From the NCBI GenBank assembly GCA_905331295.1, contig CAJNYD010000005.1, forward strand, positions 310,001-374,000: a DNA stretch of 64,000 nucleotides, given 5' to 3'. The position numbers and the translations under genes are program-made. The notes beneath the pieces are model-generated. The model did no database searches, was not told the origin of the DNA, and saw only the letters and a list, made by a program, of their open reading frames with translations. This DNA comes from Rotaria socialis (taxonomy: Eukaryota). Shown here in pieces: positions 51,681 through 63,958 of the stretch (the stretch's first letter is position 1; every line of letters begins with the position of its first letter).

Positions 51681-54600
51681 TCACAACGTCATTCCCATTC
51701 GTTGCAATGCTAGCAATGCATTAACCGCTTTCTAAAAAATAAAATCGATTTTTGGAAAACAAATTAAAACAGAAATAATCTTTTTTAACCTGCCAACGTC
51801 GTCTGATAACAAATCTTCGCAATTTTTTAGTTGATAGTTTCTTTTCGGCTGTTTCTTCATCGCTTGGAATAGATACTAATTTAGGTCGACGTGTTAACCA
51901 TGGATGAACAAGACATTGTCTTGCTGAAAGACGCTTACTAGACAGAAAAGAAAAATTAATTAAAATAAATACTTTTTTACAAATTTATTTTTGATATAAA
52001 ATTCATACTCTTTATCTTTGACAAGTAATTTTGAAATAAAATCTTTCGCTTCTTTAGATATGTCCGTAAATGATTCATCTTCAAAATCATAATTAGCTCG
52101 ATTGATGTTAGCATATGTATCATTATCATTTTCACCCATAAATGGACTTAAACCAGATAATCTAATAAAAGAAACCAAAATATTCTACATAAATCTTCTG
52201 TTTTAATTTTATCAACTAACTTACAAAACATAACAAATAACTCCAACCGACCTAAAACAAAAATTAAAAGAGAAAATGAATAAATTAAAATAAATTGTTA
52301 TTTAATAATCCTACCACATATCGGTGCCAAATCCAACTCTATCGAAATTAATAACTTCGGGTGCTACAAATTCAGGTGTACCAAATAAAACTTTTAACTG
52401 TTTACTGGGATCAAATTTTCTAGCAAGACCAAAATCAATAATCTTAATTCGATGACCATTTCGATTAACACATAAAATATTTTCTGGCTTCAAAAGAAAA
52501 ATGGCAGAATTCTTTTATAAACCTTTGAAATTAACACCATATACCTTCATATCAAGATGAATTATATTTGATGAATGCATAAAACAGACGCCTTCACATA
52601 TTTGCATCATATATAATTCACAAAGACGTTCTGTTAATATAAAATCATCATCAATAACACGTTCAAATAATTCTCCACCACTAATTCTAAATAAAAACGG
52701 ATGTTGTTTTTTTTCATTTTCGATGAAAAATCTATGTTCTCTTTACAATTCCATTACAAGACAAAAAGTTCCTTTTGTTTCAAAAGCATCATAAAGTTGA
52801 AGAAGACGTGGATGTTGTAGGGCTTTCATTATTTCAATTTCATTTAATGCTTCAATACGATCTTGTTCTTTGTTTATTTGAATAAATTTAGCTGCTAGAT
52901 AATGCTGCGTTGATTTTTCACGACATTTTTTAACTTCACCAAATTTTCCTCTAAATTTAAAAATAATTTTTTTTAAATTGAAACTTCTTATTTTTGTTGT
53001 GGTTCCTTTATTTTACCTTCCAAGAATTTCCATAAGTTCATATTCATCGGTAACTAATTTATTTTTCTTTACTGCTACAATACGTGGTGAAAATGGTGGA
53101 TCAACATCTAGAACATGTAAACACAAATATATATATATATATAAATATATGTATGAATGATTGATCTCGTTTGTAAGACTATTTTTGTTCTTATTATTAC
53201 CATCTTCTAATACGACGTCATGATATGGATGATGACCATGCTGTTGAATTACGTCAGGCCTAAAAGAACGTACAAACTGTATTTATTTCACAATATCTAT
53301 CTCTTGTGAACTTACATAGAAACTGATTCTCTGATAAAAGGAAAAGAGGGAAAAGCCTTTTGTTTTAGTGTTTTATTACAGTATAAATCTAGTATCAAAA
53401 ACGTTCATTATCACACAAACGAGAAGAATAGAACGAATACAGAAAAGAGAATTAAAAAGAAATAATAGACATCAAAGATTATGGTGTATATATATATAGA
53501 AATATCTTTGTACAAGCTGTAATAGATAACATCATATCACATAAGCGAGAGAGTAATGCAATGTCTGACATGTAGATGAGATTACTGAATAACAAGTTGA
53601 CGTTTATGAGTCAAAATATGTACGAAACTATTTTGTAAGAAATCAAAGAACATGTTAGTAATTCTAATAGAACTATTGACGCATACTTATGAAAATATTT
53701 ATATCTGTTTTGTTTTTATTTGATACAAATAATAAAATAATCGAACAAGCCATAAATAGTTTTTCTTTCTTTGTATATTATAATTATTATTATTAAAAGG
53801 CATTGATAGGATTTTCCTTATTGATTAACTTACTGTAGTATATAAGGGAACAGGGCGAATTTGGGATTTTGGGATTTTTTTGGAATTTTTGGGATTTTCA
53901 AAATCCAAAAATCCAAAATGTGAATGATGGAATTTCCATCTGAATTTTTTCCCATATGTAGGTCTCATGATCCTTAGAATATTCTAAAATTTTCAGCGCA
54001 AACAGATGTTTCCTTCTCAAGATAACGAATGCGCAAGAAATACTCATTTCACGGCGCGGTCAGAAAATCCAGTTTTTTTGAAAATTCAATATTTTAAGAA
54101 GGAAACATATGTTCGAGTTGAAACTTTTAGGATCTTTTATGGACCATGAAACCTATATGGGATGAATTTCAGGTCGAAACTACGTCATTCACAGAGAGAA
54201 AAATGCTTTTCAATTTATGGGATTTTGGGATTTTCAAAATCCCAAAAATCCGCCTTTTCCCCCTTGGTAGTATATATGTATGATTAGTCGTGTGTATCAT
54301 TAGTCAGTAAATGTATCTGTATTTTGTTACCCGTAAAGTCGAATGAGTGAATCTCTTTTGTATTTTAATGGTAAATTTGTATTTATAGCTATAATTTCTG
54401 TTATTGAACTTTGTGACACACTTGTCTCTGATAGAATTATATCAGTATTCGATAATTGACAATATTGATCAACTAAAATAACATCGGCTGAGCAAAAACG
54501 ATTTTTTAATATAGATGCTTGTGGTTGTTGCTGTTCAAGATCTTCATTGATTGGACATAACGGTAGAATAGTCAATGGTACTGAAGGAATTGTACGCGTG

Positions 54601-57356
54601 AATGTAGTAATCGGTGGGAAAGGTGAATTGGCTCGTTTAAACGATGTTACATTAGAAATAAACTGACGTTGTTTTTGAGTTGAAGCTATAGTTGGACGAG
54701 CAAAACCAGGAGGTGACGGAGTATTCGATGATGATGAACATGACGATGAACAAGTTGAATCTGTTGTTGCACTTGTACTTGAACGTGACAATGTTACAGA
54801 CTCATTATTACCATTATTAATTACTGAAACTATTCTATGCATGGCACAATCAGTATTACTTTCAATATGTTCTGTCTTTTGTTGTTGATGTTGATGTTGA
54901 GACACTTGTTTAAGCTGAGACCCTGTTTTTGTAAAAGTATTTTTTGGACTAGCAGGAGGTGGAGTAGGTCGATTATGATTAGTTATTTTTTCACAAATAA
55001 TAATTGGTTGCGGTTTATTAGTATTGTTATTCTTTTTTGGCCTAAACGTTTTGGGAGAGGCAGTTTCAACGACCACAATAGGCGGAGTTCGTGAAGAATT
55101 TTCATTTGTTTTTGAACCTTCCCATTGTTTAATAAAAACGCTACGAATAGGAGAAGATACCTTGGAATGATTATTCATTGATGCAGCCGCTTGAGATTCA
55201 AATTGACGAATTATATTAGCAACTCGAGACGAAAATACACGGTTCTCAAAGAGTTGACATCGAATTTTTAAATGAGCGGGTGTTGATTCGACTAGTGAGA
55301 TCGATGATTGTGAAAGCTTTAAATTTGATAATAATGGTGGAGATAATGGTGCAGGTGTGGATCGCAGAAAAAAAGGGGTTGACAGCTTTTTATTGTGACT
55401 ATTCGTCGTCGTCGCCGTCGTCAAATCGTTCACGGATGTCCAACGTTGGATGAACGTTGATGATGACATTTTTCTCTCTCTCACTCTCTCTCGCTTTTTT
55501 TTCTTTCTATGTTCAATATAGAACAGCAAAAACTTATTACAGCAACGAGCATATCACCATGTTGATCGGTATCATCGACTACGACGACAATAATAATAAA
55601 GGAGAAGAAGAAGAAGAACTACGTAACATAGTACGCACGTGCATTTGTGTGCGTCAACTTCAACCTCATGCACAAATTGTATAAAAATATTCGTCGGTTA
55701 CTCGAAGGAGAAATCAACCGTATGTGTGTAGGTATTTCAGAAAAAAAGGAAAAAGAAAGAACGGATAAAAAAAACCGAATTGAACATATAATAAAATAAT
55801 GATAATGATTCTGTACAAAAACAGAACGAAAAGAAAATATAATAATGAAAAATGTATGATTCAAAGAGACACTATTATCACACAATGTTTTGCATAGTAT
55901 TCATGTATTTTTAATACTATAATAAAAGATTATCTATTTCGACTCGACTTTATTCAAATATTTGATTATATTAAAATAAATAAATAATAGGATGAAAGAA
56001 AGAAACAAGAATTTTTTTACTAAATAACTGACTTGAAATAAAGCCGTCTATTGCCTTCTTTCATGTCTAGTTGTGTCCTTCAATACTCTTCTATTTGGTT
56101 TGTTAACATTGATTTTCTCCCATGTGAGTCATTAGATACAAGTGTATGTGCTCGATTGTCCGCGAATAAAGGTCGTATTATTATGCATAATTCACAAGCC
56201 AAGGTCAAGGCTTGTCTTTGAAGTGATGACGGCGAATTCAACAAATTCTTTTCTTTTCGATATCGAAATTATATTTTATATTTATCTTTGTTTCTTTTTT
56301 CACAAGAGAAGAAAGAAAACAGTATATTAGAAAGTGTCATATTACACATTGAGAAAGAAAATATTAGGAAAAAAATGTATTTTTATCTGTATTTGGGCGA
56401 CAGCGACAAACAGGCATATCCATACAGATAATGCGCATAAAGAAATCAAATAATCGAACAATTATAGATATCTATTTCGATAAATTTTGTTTTCGTCTCC
56501 AAGTATTATCTTGCTGAGAATTAGAATTAACAAGGTAATCTTCTATGAAAATATTAGGAAAAAGAATTTTATCTTACCGTTTTAACATTGAATTTGATGA
56601 TATTGTAGTATGTTCATTTTGATGTTTATTTTTATTTGCCATTGATGTAGGACTATCTAATGTTTTTGATAATTGTCTTTTATATAATGGTTGATCTTTT
56701 TGATGTTCAATTTCTGCTTCAGTTTTAGTCATACTTTTTGAAATATTCAATTGGTTAGCAGAAGCTTCTGGTGAAACAATTCGTTTTTTTGTTGTTGTTG
56801 TTGTACTAATTCGTTCAGTTAAAGATGGTTCTAATAGTATATCTCGATCAATTAATGTTAAACTAGACCGTTTCATTGTAGTAGATGGTTTTGGTGATAA
56901 TAAAATATTCGATGATGATGACGATAAACATGGAGAAATACAATTAATTGATTCATTTGATTCCACAAGAATTGAAGATTTGGAATGGTTGACGTTTGTA
57001 TTCAACGAATTACGTCGTTCATGATTCGTTGACGTAGACACAAGTTCAAGACTGGACTTACTTTTTATTGAATTTTCAAGAGATTTTCTTACTGGTTCTG
57101 GTGTTTTCGATGAAGGACATTTCCGACGAATATTTTTCTTTGTCTTTAATCCATTTGATTCATTTTTTGTACGAAAATCACTGACTGTTTTGCTTTCTGT
57201 TATAGTAGATGTTTCTGTGTTAACCGTTTTTTTCTCACTTGATGAAGTTAATAGTTGTTGAGATTGTTTATTTGAATCTTTATTTTTTAATTGAATGCCA
57301 AATTTATTGGCTACCTTATCTTTATTAAAAGCACCAAGACCCGGTGTAACACTCAT
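51681..57356 (-). CDS. MYLK: Myosin light chain kinase-like Ca2+/calmodulin-dependent kinase with alternative long N-terminal exons
   Basis: Kinase exons 53107-51681: ILGRGKFGEVKKC, LAAKFI, EIEIMKALQHPRLLQLYDAF, GGELFERVIDDDFILTE, IIHLDMKPENILCV, IKIIDFGLAR, LKVLFGTPEFVAPEV, LSGLSPFMGEND, followed by autoinhibitory/CaM segment KKLRRFVIRRRWQKAVNALLALQRM. Upstream exons 57356-56578 and 55469-54331 both end in phase-2 donors compatible with exons 53330-53316 and 53259-53201. Confidence 0.88.
53843..54266. mobile_element. Foldback MITE, 424 bp, 8-bp TSD (hAT- or P-like), in kinase intron
   Basis: Perfect TSD GTAGTATA (53835-53842 and 54267-54274). Ends TAAGGG...CCCTTG. GGGATTTT/AAAATCCC arrays at both ends and a long imperfect internal inverted repeat. 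Confidence 0.85.
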
Positions 57357-59233
57357 TTGTTTACACTGGAAGAGATCTCCCTTTTCTTTCTCAAACTACC
57401 AACGACGATTTCATCTGCTGTTATTGGTGTCTTTTGTACGTATCTTTGCTTGGAATATTCTATCTCTCCTGTTCTTATTCCTAAGAATAGAACCAAAAAC
57501 AAGCATCTTTATAAAAAAAAAGAAAGCAATTCTTTTCTTATTGACTGCAGGAGTAGACGAAGAAATATCTTGTTCTTTTCTTTTTATTATATTTTTTCCT
57601 TCTCTCCGATAAGTATGGATAACACTAGCGTGATATGGAACTACGTACAAAACAGAAAAACAAGAAAAGAAAAAGAAGAGGCCTTGGCGCTAGTGCAGAA
57701 TGACGATGGATGCTATTACTATGATTGTGATTATGCGACATCAATGATGGTGGTCCTGCCAGCACGTCCTCATCATTAGACATATACATATATGTATATA
57801 GGTTCTATAAAGAAAAATCTTATTTGCAGATAATTATTGACTTTTCATTTTATTTGATCATGAACTATGTAAAGATTTTTAGAATTAACAAAATAATTTC
57901 ATACCATATCACAATAATCAAAAGTAACTTAAAATATTGTCTATTTCATTGCCAGATGCTATTTGTCATGTAGATCCTTTATCTAGTAAACAATATGTCG
58001 ATTTTCTTTGTCGTCTTTCAAAAATAGCCAAACAATTTTTAGCTATGGCTCGATATTCATTGATTGTTCTATCGAGTACATCTAATGAACAAATCTTTTC
58101 TATTACGGAAATTCGATAAACTCGAAATATTTCTGTGATTCATATTTATTATTTTTGATTGTTCTATCGAAAAGAATTAATGAATTCTTTCATTAATATT
58201 CATTCTATTGTTTCATAAGTACATAGTGTATACACTTGTAGATAAAAGAAAATCTCTAATATAATACATTTGTTTGATTAAATATAAGTCATAATATAAA
58301 GAAGAATATCAATTAATCTAAACATATACTTATAAACATATGTTGTCTATGTCTATGTCTATTCAATAATAAATTCTTCTATGGACAATTGACTGATTGA
58401 TAAAGTTTTCTAATAGTAACATTTTTTTTTTATACAGAAAAATAATTGAAATAAAATAATGTTTATATTTAAATTTAAATAATTAAACAAATAAAATTAT
58501 CTAAATGTTTTCGAATAAAAATAAAAAAGAGCAATCAATTATTTAAATAAACTAATATAAGCAAATTCTTTAATAACATCAATAAATTTGTTAAGCAATA
58601 TGAACTTTATAGAAGCAATCAACAGTTGTTTATGTCATTCGTATCTGTCAAATGTTATCAATCTGCTATAAAACGCCCCAAGAGTACAAATTTGCCTCAT
58701 GAGAGTAATTTCACGTGTTTTTATAATTTACTCTGCTTTTACATCTGATATAAATCATTATTGATCAATCAAAAAGATTCTAGTATCTATTTTGTTTTCA
58801 ATTTTTCATTTATTTTTATTTTTATATATAAATAAAAGAAAGTTATTATTGAATGCTAAACATACATATTTCCCTGTTTTCATTTTGCACATATATGCAG
58901 AAAAAGAAAAAGAAAAGAAAACTGCTCACACAATAACCACGGTCTAGATTTAGCCGGATCCAGAGAAAAACCAAAACAAAGAAAAAAAAAAGAAAACAAC
59001 GTTTCAAGAGAAAGCATAACGTAGAAAGAGTAGGAAAGAGGAGAAGAACAAGAGAAGAAAAAAAACACAAATAAGTCAAGAAAAAAAAGAAAACAACAAG
59101 TATAAATAATAGCTGAAATACACACATATTAATATTATCTTATTTTTTCTCTCAATATCTTTCTCTCTCTGTCACTCTCAGTCCCGTCGAAAAAAACGAA
59201 GATTAATGCAATGTAAATATGCGATTATGTTTA

Positions 59234-62200
59234 TCAAGCTGAATAAGTAGTACCAGCCGCAGTTGTAACCGTTGTAGTCGTCGATGTTGGTGTTCCATAA
59301 GCGAATAGTGGCGAGTCAGGACTAGTCGGCGTTGATGTTAACGTTGGAATGGTTGATAATGGCGGACTAAAAAACACTGGAAATGGATAATTTGTTTGCG
59401 GATGACCATGAAAATATGGTTGAGCTTGGCCAGGATTATTTGCTGTTGTAAAAATGAATGGCTGTTGAGCAAATGATGGATTTCCATTAGGATGTGCAGC
59501 AAGTAATGGATGTGGTAAAAGTGTTGCTGATTGAAATAATGGACCACCAGGATGAAAACCAAATGTTGTTGGACCGAATGGAATCTATTGAAAACAAGTT
59601 TTTATTTAAAATAGTTATTCAATTGTTCAAAATCTTTTCATTCAAAACTCCATATGCAATAAAAGATAAATAATTTTTCGCAGAATAGTATAATACGTGC
59701 AGCTTAATCTAACTTCTTTTTATCCTAGTTTTTATTTGAGCAAAAATATAATAAATTTCAATCAACATGCATCATTTTTGTTTTGTTATGTCGAATTTCT
59801 ATCTAAATAGATGTTAATCATTGTCTAAAAAAATTGAAGCGACGAGAGATTTAGTTTTCTTTGTATATGATCAATACCCAATTATCTGGCATTATTACAG
59901 AAGAAGCTTTAAGAGAAATAAAACTCATAAAAATCAGATTAGAGAAAATACAATTAAATCATTCAAATTAATTTTTCTTTTTTCGTTTTCTTTTGATTTT
60001 CTTACTCCTCATGTAGGTGTAGGACACTGAAAATAAGCTTCTGTAGTATTTCCATTTGTTTGTTCGATATAAACAACAAAAAGCCCCTGGAGAAAATTAC
60101 CTCTTCAGGCTGATTCGGCTGCTGCTGCGAAGTTTGTTGTTCTGGTAAAATAAACTGAGGATGATTGGAATCGATCATCATTATCGATGGAGCGGTGGTA
60201 GTACTAGCAGCAGAGCCGTACAGCGCATCGTAAGTCTCTTTGTAGAGATCTTCGAGACATTTCTCCTATGATGAAAATTACAACAAAAAAAAACAAATAT
60301 CAACTTAGCCATGCGTAGCATTAAATCACAGTAATATAAAACACATGCAAAATTTATCAATTTCCTTCTTTTTTTTAAGTAGAAATAAAAAGATAACATA
60401 CGTCTGTTAGACGTGACGTTGGTCGAAGAATAGTATAATAAGCACCACGATGATGAACGACAGTTGGAGGTGGTTGACTTGGACGAGATGATGTTGTCAA
60501 AATTCCTGTTGGCGTTGAAGGAACACTTCGGTTTATTGTTGGAGGACTTGCACTGCCATTTGCTGATAAACGACCGGTAGAATTTACACATCGACGAATA
60601 TTTCTATTAGAAAAGTCTTTTATGAAAATGCTTATACATATATATTTCACAATATGAAAATTAAGCTTTCTTTCTAATATTTTACTACAACTAAAATATA
60701 TCAGAGTTCAATTAAACCGATGAATTCTTTATCGATATGAAAAATCTTCTCTTAAAATTAATTTATTGAAATATTATTTTTTTGGATTAAATAATTTTAT
60801 TAAGGTTTTATAGAAATGTAGCTAAAAGTATGATATTTTATCTTTGTATACACTAACGAATGAATATTCAGTTATCAATTGAAATAGAAACTATCATATT
60901 GATTTATCTTTTCTTTCAACAAAATTATATCGAAAATATTTTTATATCAAATAAATGATATTATTCATCGTTCCTTAGGGATTATATAAAGATAAAAATT
61001 GTTTTCGAATATTCTTTGGCTGACAAATATTTTTGATCAATAAAAAACAAGATAGATTAAATGATCGATTTTTTTCCAGCATTCTTTTTCTATTTTCTTT
61101 CACCACAATGAGTGTCTATGTGAGATATTTTTTTCATTCACCCTATGACTGTTACAGGATTAAACAAATTGAGTACACGACTAAATTCAATTGGATTTTG
61201 ATCTTAACATATTTTTAAGTGTAAAAATCTTTTATGTTTTCTAAAGAACGCTCATGCTTATCATTGATTCTTTTAATCATGAATTAGTTAGCTTGTTCAA
61301 AGACGAAAGTTTTGAATCGTACATTAATTTCGTTTAACTTTAGACATAATACTGAATGTAGATGAAGTGTGTTCTATTTTCTCTTATATAAACATTCGAT
61401 AAGACAAACTGGAAAAAATCATAAGTTGAAAACATTTCGGTGATCAAAACTACTTCTTTTTAGATAGTGTTTTAACAAAAATAAACTTCTCGAAGAAGTA
61501 TGTACAGAATTTATCTTTGAGAAGCTATATCGGATTAATGACGTTCTTCGAGTCTTTTTTTTGTTACATTACAAAATTTATTTTCAATTTACGAAAACAA
61601 TCATTGGTATCACTTTTTGTTCGTTCATATAGCTTTACAAAACGCTAGATTTTTTTGTATTCTTCGAAATATTGAAATGCTGAATAGACAGAATAAATCT
61701 ATGAAAATATAATCTTTTTTGAGTGATATGTTCTAGTTTTACAATGTATCCGTCTAGTCGACGTGCACTGAATACACCAAGTCGGTGAAATTGTAAATTA
61801 TTTTATTATACATTTCTCAGCGATCTCGATTCGTTTTTTCTTCTTCTTATAGATATGTCGTAGGCCAATCTCAAATTCAGTCCAATCCTAAATTGGCCTG
61901 TTTTTTCAGGCCAAACTAAGATTCGCCTAGTCCATACTAAAATATTTTTCTGTTCAGGTCAATGTAAAATAAAGTTATCCAATGAAACTTTTAGCCTCCA
62001 TTGTTAATATAATTTTGTAATATTTTTACGAAACTTGGAGCATACAGACGAGTAATGAATTATGAGTAAAATATAGGCTGTCGTTCAAATTAAAACGACA
62101 GAGAAATTCATGAAAAATAAAAAAAGAATCATAGGAGAAACAATTGACATCCATTATTATGGACCGTCATTAAATGACAAATGTAACATTGGTGATTTTG

Positions 62201-63278
62201 TGGGATTACGAATAGATAAAGTTGATCGAACTAATACTAATCCAAAACTATTACCATGCGTTATAATTGCAAAAGAAGAAGAAAAGGAGAAACTTGCATG
62301 TGTTCATAGAGTCATTAATCAATGGTGGACATTTACTTCTTTGGTTGGTTTATTTACTGTACCTCATGAACTTACTCATTTAAAACTGGAGGATTTACAA
62401 GAGATACCAATGATAACTGCATCGAAATTATATGTCAGAGGAGCTGTCAATGGTATATGTTGTTCGTGCAAAGGCGGATGCAAGACAAAGCAATGTGCTT
62501 GTAAAAGAAATCAAGTTTTTTTGTTCAACAAACCCAGGTCGAGCAATCCGACAGTAGGCACCTATCGGAACACATCCGATCCGACTGGAATCCAATAGGA
62601 TTTTATCGGATCCTGTCAGATCTTACAGAATTATCGTTGGACTCCGGGTCGAGGAATCGATGTCGGATCCTCAGCGTTGGATTCCTATGAATTCCAACGA
62701 AAAATCGTTGTATGTCATCGGAGGTTCATAGGATTCCAACACTGAGGATCCGACATCGATTTCTCGACCCGGAATCCAATAGAATTGTATCGGATTGTAG
62801 GATATTTCCAGGTTCCTATCGAATCCGATATCGGATCAGTTGACCTGGGAAGTGTCATAAAAATACCAGTTGTTGTAAAAACATGGAAAAATTTTAAAAA
62901 TTGTTTACTACTTTACTACTTTACTAATCATAATAGTTTTCTTGTAGATCTTGAATTGAATTTAGATGAAGTATAGTTTATCTCATTAACCAGTTTATTC
63001 TAAGTTGGCCTAGGCCAATACTAGATTGGCCTGAACAGAAAAACCTTTTAGTATGGACTAGGCGAATCTTAGTTTGGCCTGAAAAAACAGGCCACTTTAG
63101 GATTGAACTGACGATTTTAAGGTGAAATCAATTTTGGACTAGTCCATTCTAAAATCTGAGATTGGCCTAGAAAAAAGCTAGGCCAAACGTCAATTCTAGA
63201 TTGAACTAGTCGAAACTCAAATTTTAGTTAGACCTAGGCCAATTTAGGATTGGCCTGAATTTGAGATTGGCCTACGAC

Positions 63279-63312
<34 letters not shown>

Positions 63313-63958
63313 CTATGAAAGATGAAATTCGTGTAATGAATAATACAATTCTTACTTTTGTTGAAGAGCATTGGCACCAGTAGATAGAATCGTAGCTCCA
63401 TTATTTATTGGTGTAGTTATTGTTGGTATCGATGTTGCATTTGTATGTAATTGTGTACTTGGAAATGTTATATAAGGAATAGCTGTTAAATGAGATGTTA
63501 AATCGAACGTTGCTGTTGTTGGAGCAACACTACCAGCTGGTAAACCAAACTAAAATAATGCATAGATACATACTTATGTATAGCTTGTCATGAACATAAT
63601 AGAGAAAAAGTTTACTGGCATATTTGCAGCAATGGTCGATGGACTAACACCACGCGTAAATCGAAAATATTGATTTTTATCAACAGGTTTAGCTAATGTA
63701 ACTTCAACAATCGAACCATCGATTTCTCGACCTAATTAAAATCAAAAATCAAAAAAAGTAAAAGAAAAGCCAAAAATAAATACCATTCATCAGATTCATC
63801 GCATGTAAAGCATCATCACGTTCTTTAAAATGAACAAATGCATAATCTTTTAATTTTTTAACACGTTCAACTGAATTAGATTTAAAGCGTTGAAAAATTT
63901 CTTTAATTTGTTCTTCTGTTGTATTCATCATTAAATTTCTGACATAGAGTACTCGAAC
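59234..63958 (-). CDS. RRM RNA-binding protein of the A1CF/RBM46/RBM47 (hnRNP R/Q-related) family; 3' part only, 5' exons lie beyond the window
   Basis: RRM3 [67 protein letters not shown]. Exons 63958-63784, 63731-63616, 63549-63356, 60603-60402, 60265-60101 and 59584-59234 join in frame into a Pro/Thr/His/Gln-rich tail ending ATYSA*. Confidence 0.9.
61856..63279 (+). mobile_element. Internally deleted Ginger2/TDD-like (KRBA2/SCAND3-type integrase) DNA transposon in RRM-gene intron
   Basis: TGT...ACA ends with a 44-bp near-perfect TIR TGTCGTAGGCCAATCTCAAATTCAG.CCAATCCTAAATTGGCCT. ORF 62110 onward has [26 protein letters not shown] and [26 protein letters not shown], the C-terminal region typical of these integrases. 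The catalytic core is absent. Flanked by a (TA)n run; TSD is not clean. Confidence 0.8.
62533..62849. mobile_element. MITE (CCCAGGTC...GACCTGGG, 2-bp AA TSD; CMC/EnSpm-like) nested in the Ginger-like ORF
   Basis: Terminal CCCAGGTC matches on both ends. Removing it and one AA restores TGT TCA ACA AAG TGT CAT (C-S-T-K-C-H). Internal long inverted repeat at 62637-62779. Confidence 0.88.
63282..63311. repeat. (TA)n microsatellite abutting the Ginger-like element
   Basis: Tandem TA run visible directly. Confidence 0.9.

Noticed and set aside
53855..53920. GGGATTTT tandem array as telomeric repeat or CRISPR-like array
   Set aside because: It is the subterminal repeat of a TSD-flanked MITE; there are no spacers.
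57291..57779. ORFs of 162, 105 and 79 aa
   Set aside because: Antisense to or within the kinase 5' leader and promoter; biased composition and no domain.
58846..59127. Phe-rich 93 and 81 aa ORFs
   Set aside because: Translation of the U-rich 3' UTR of the RRM gene.
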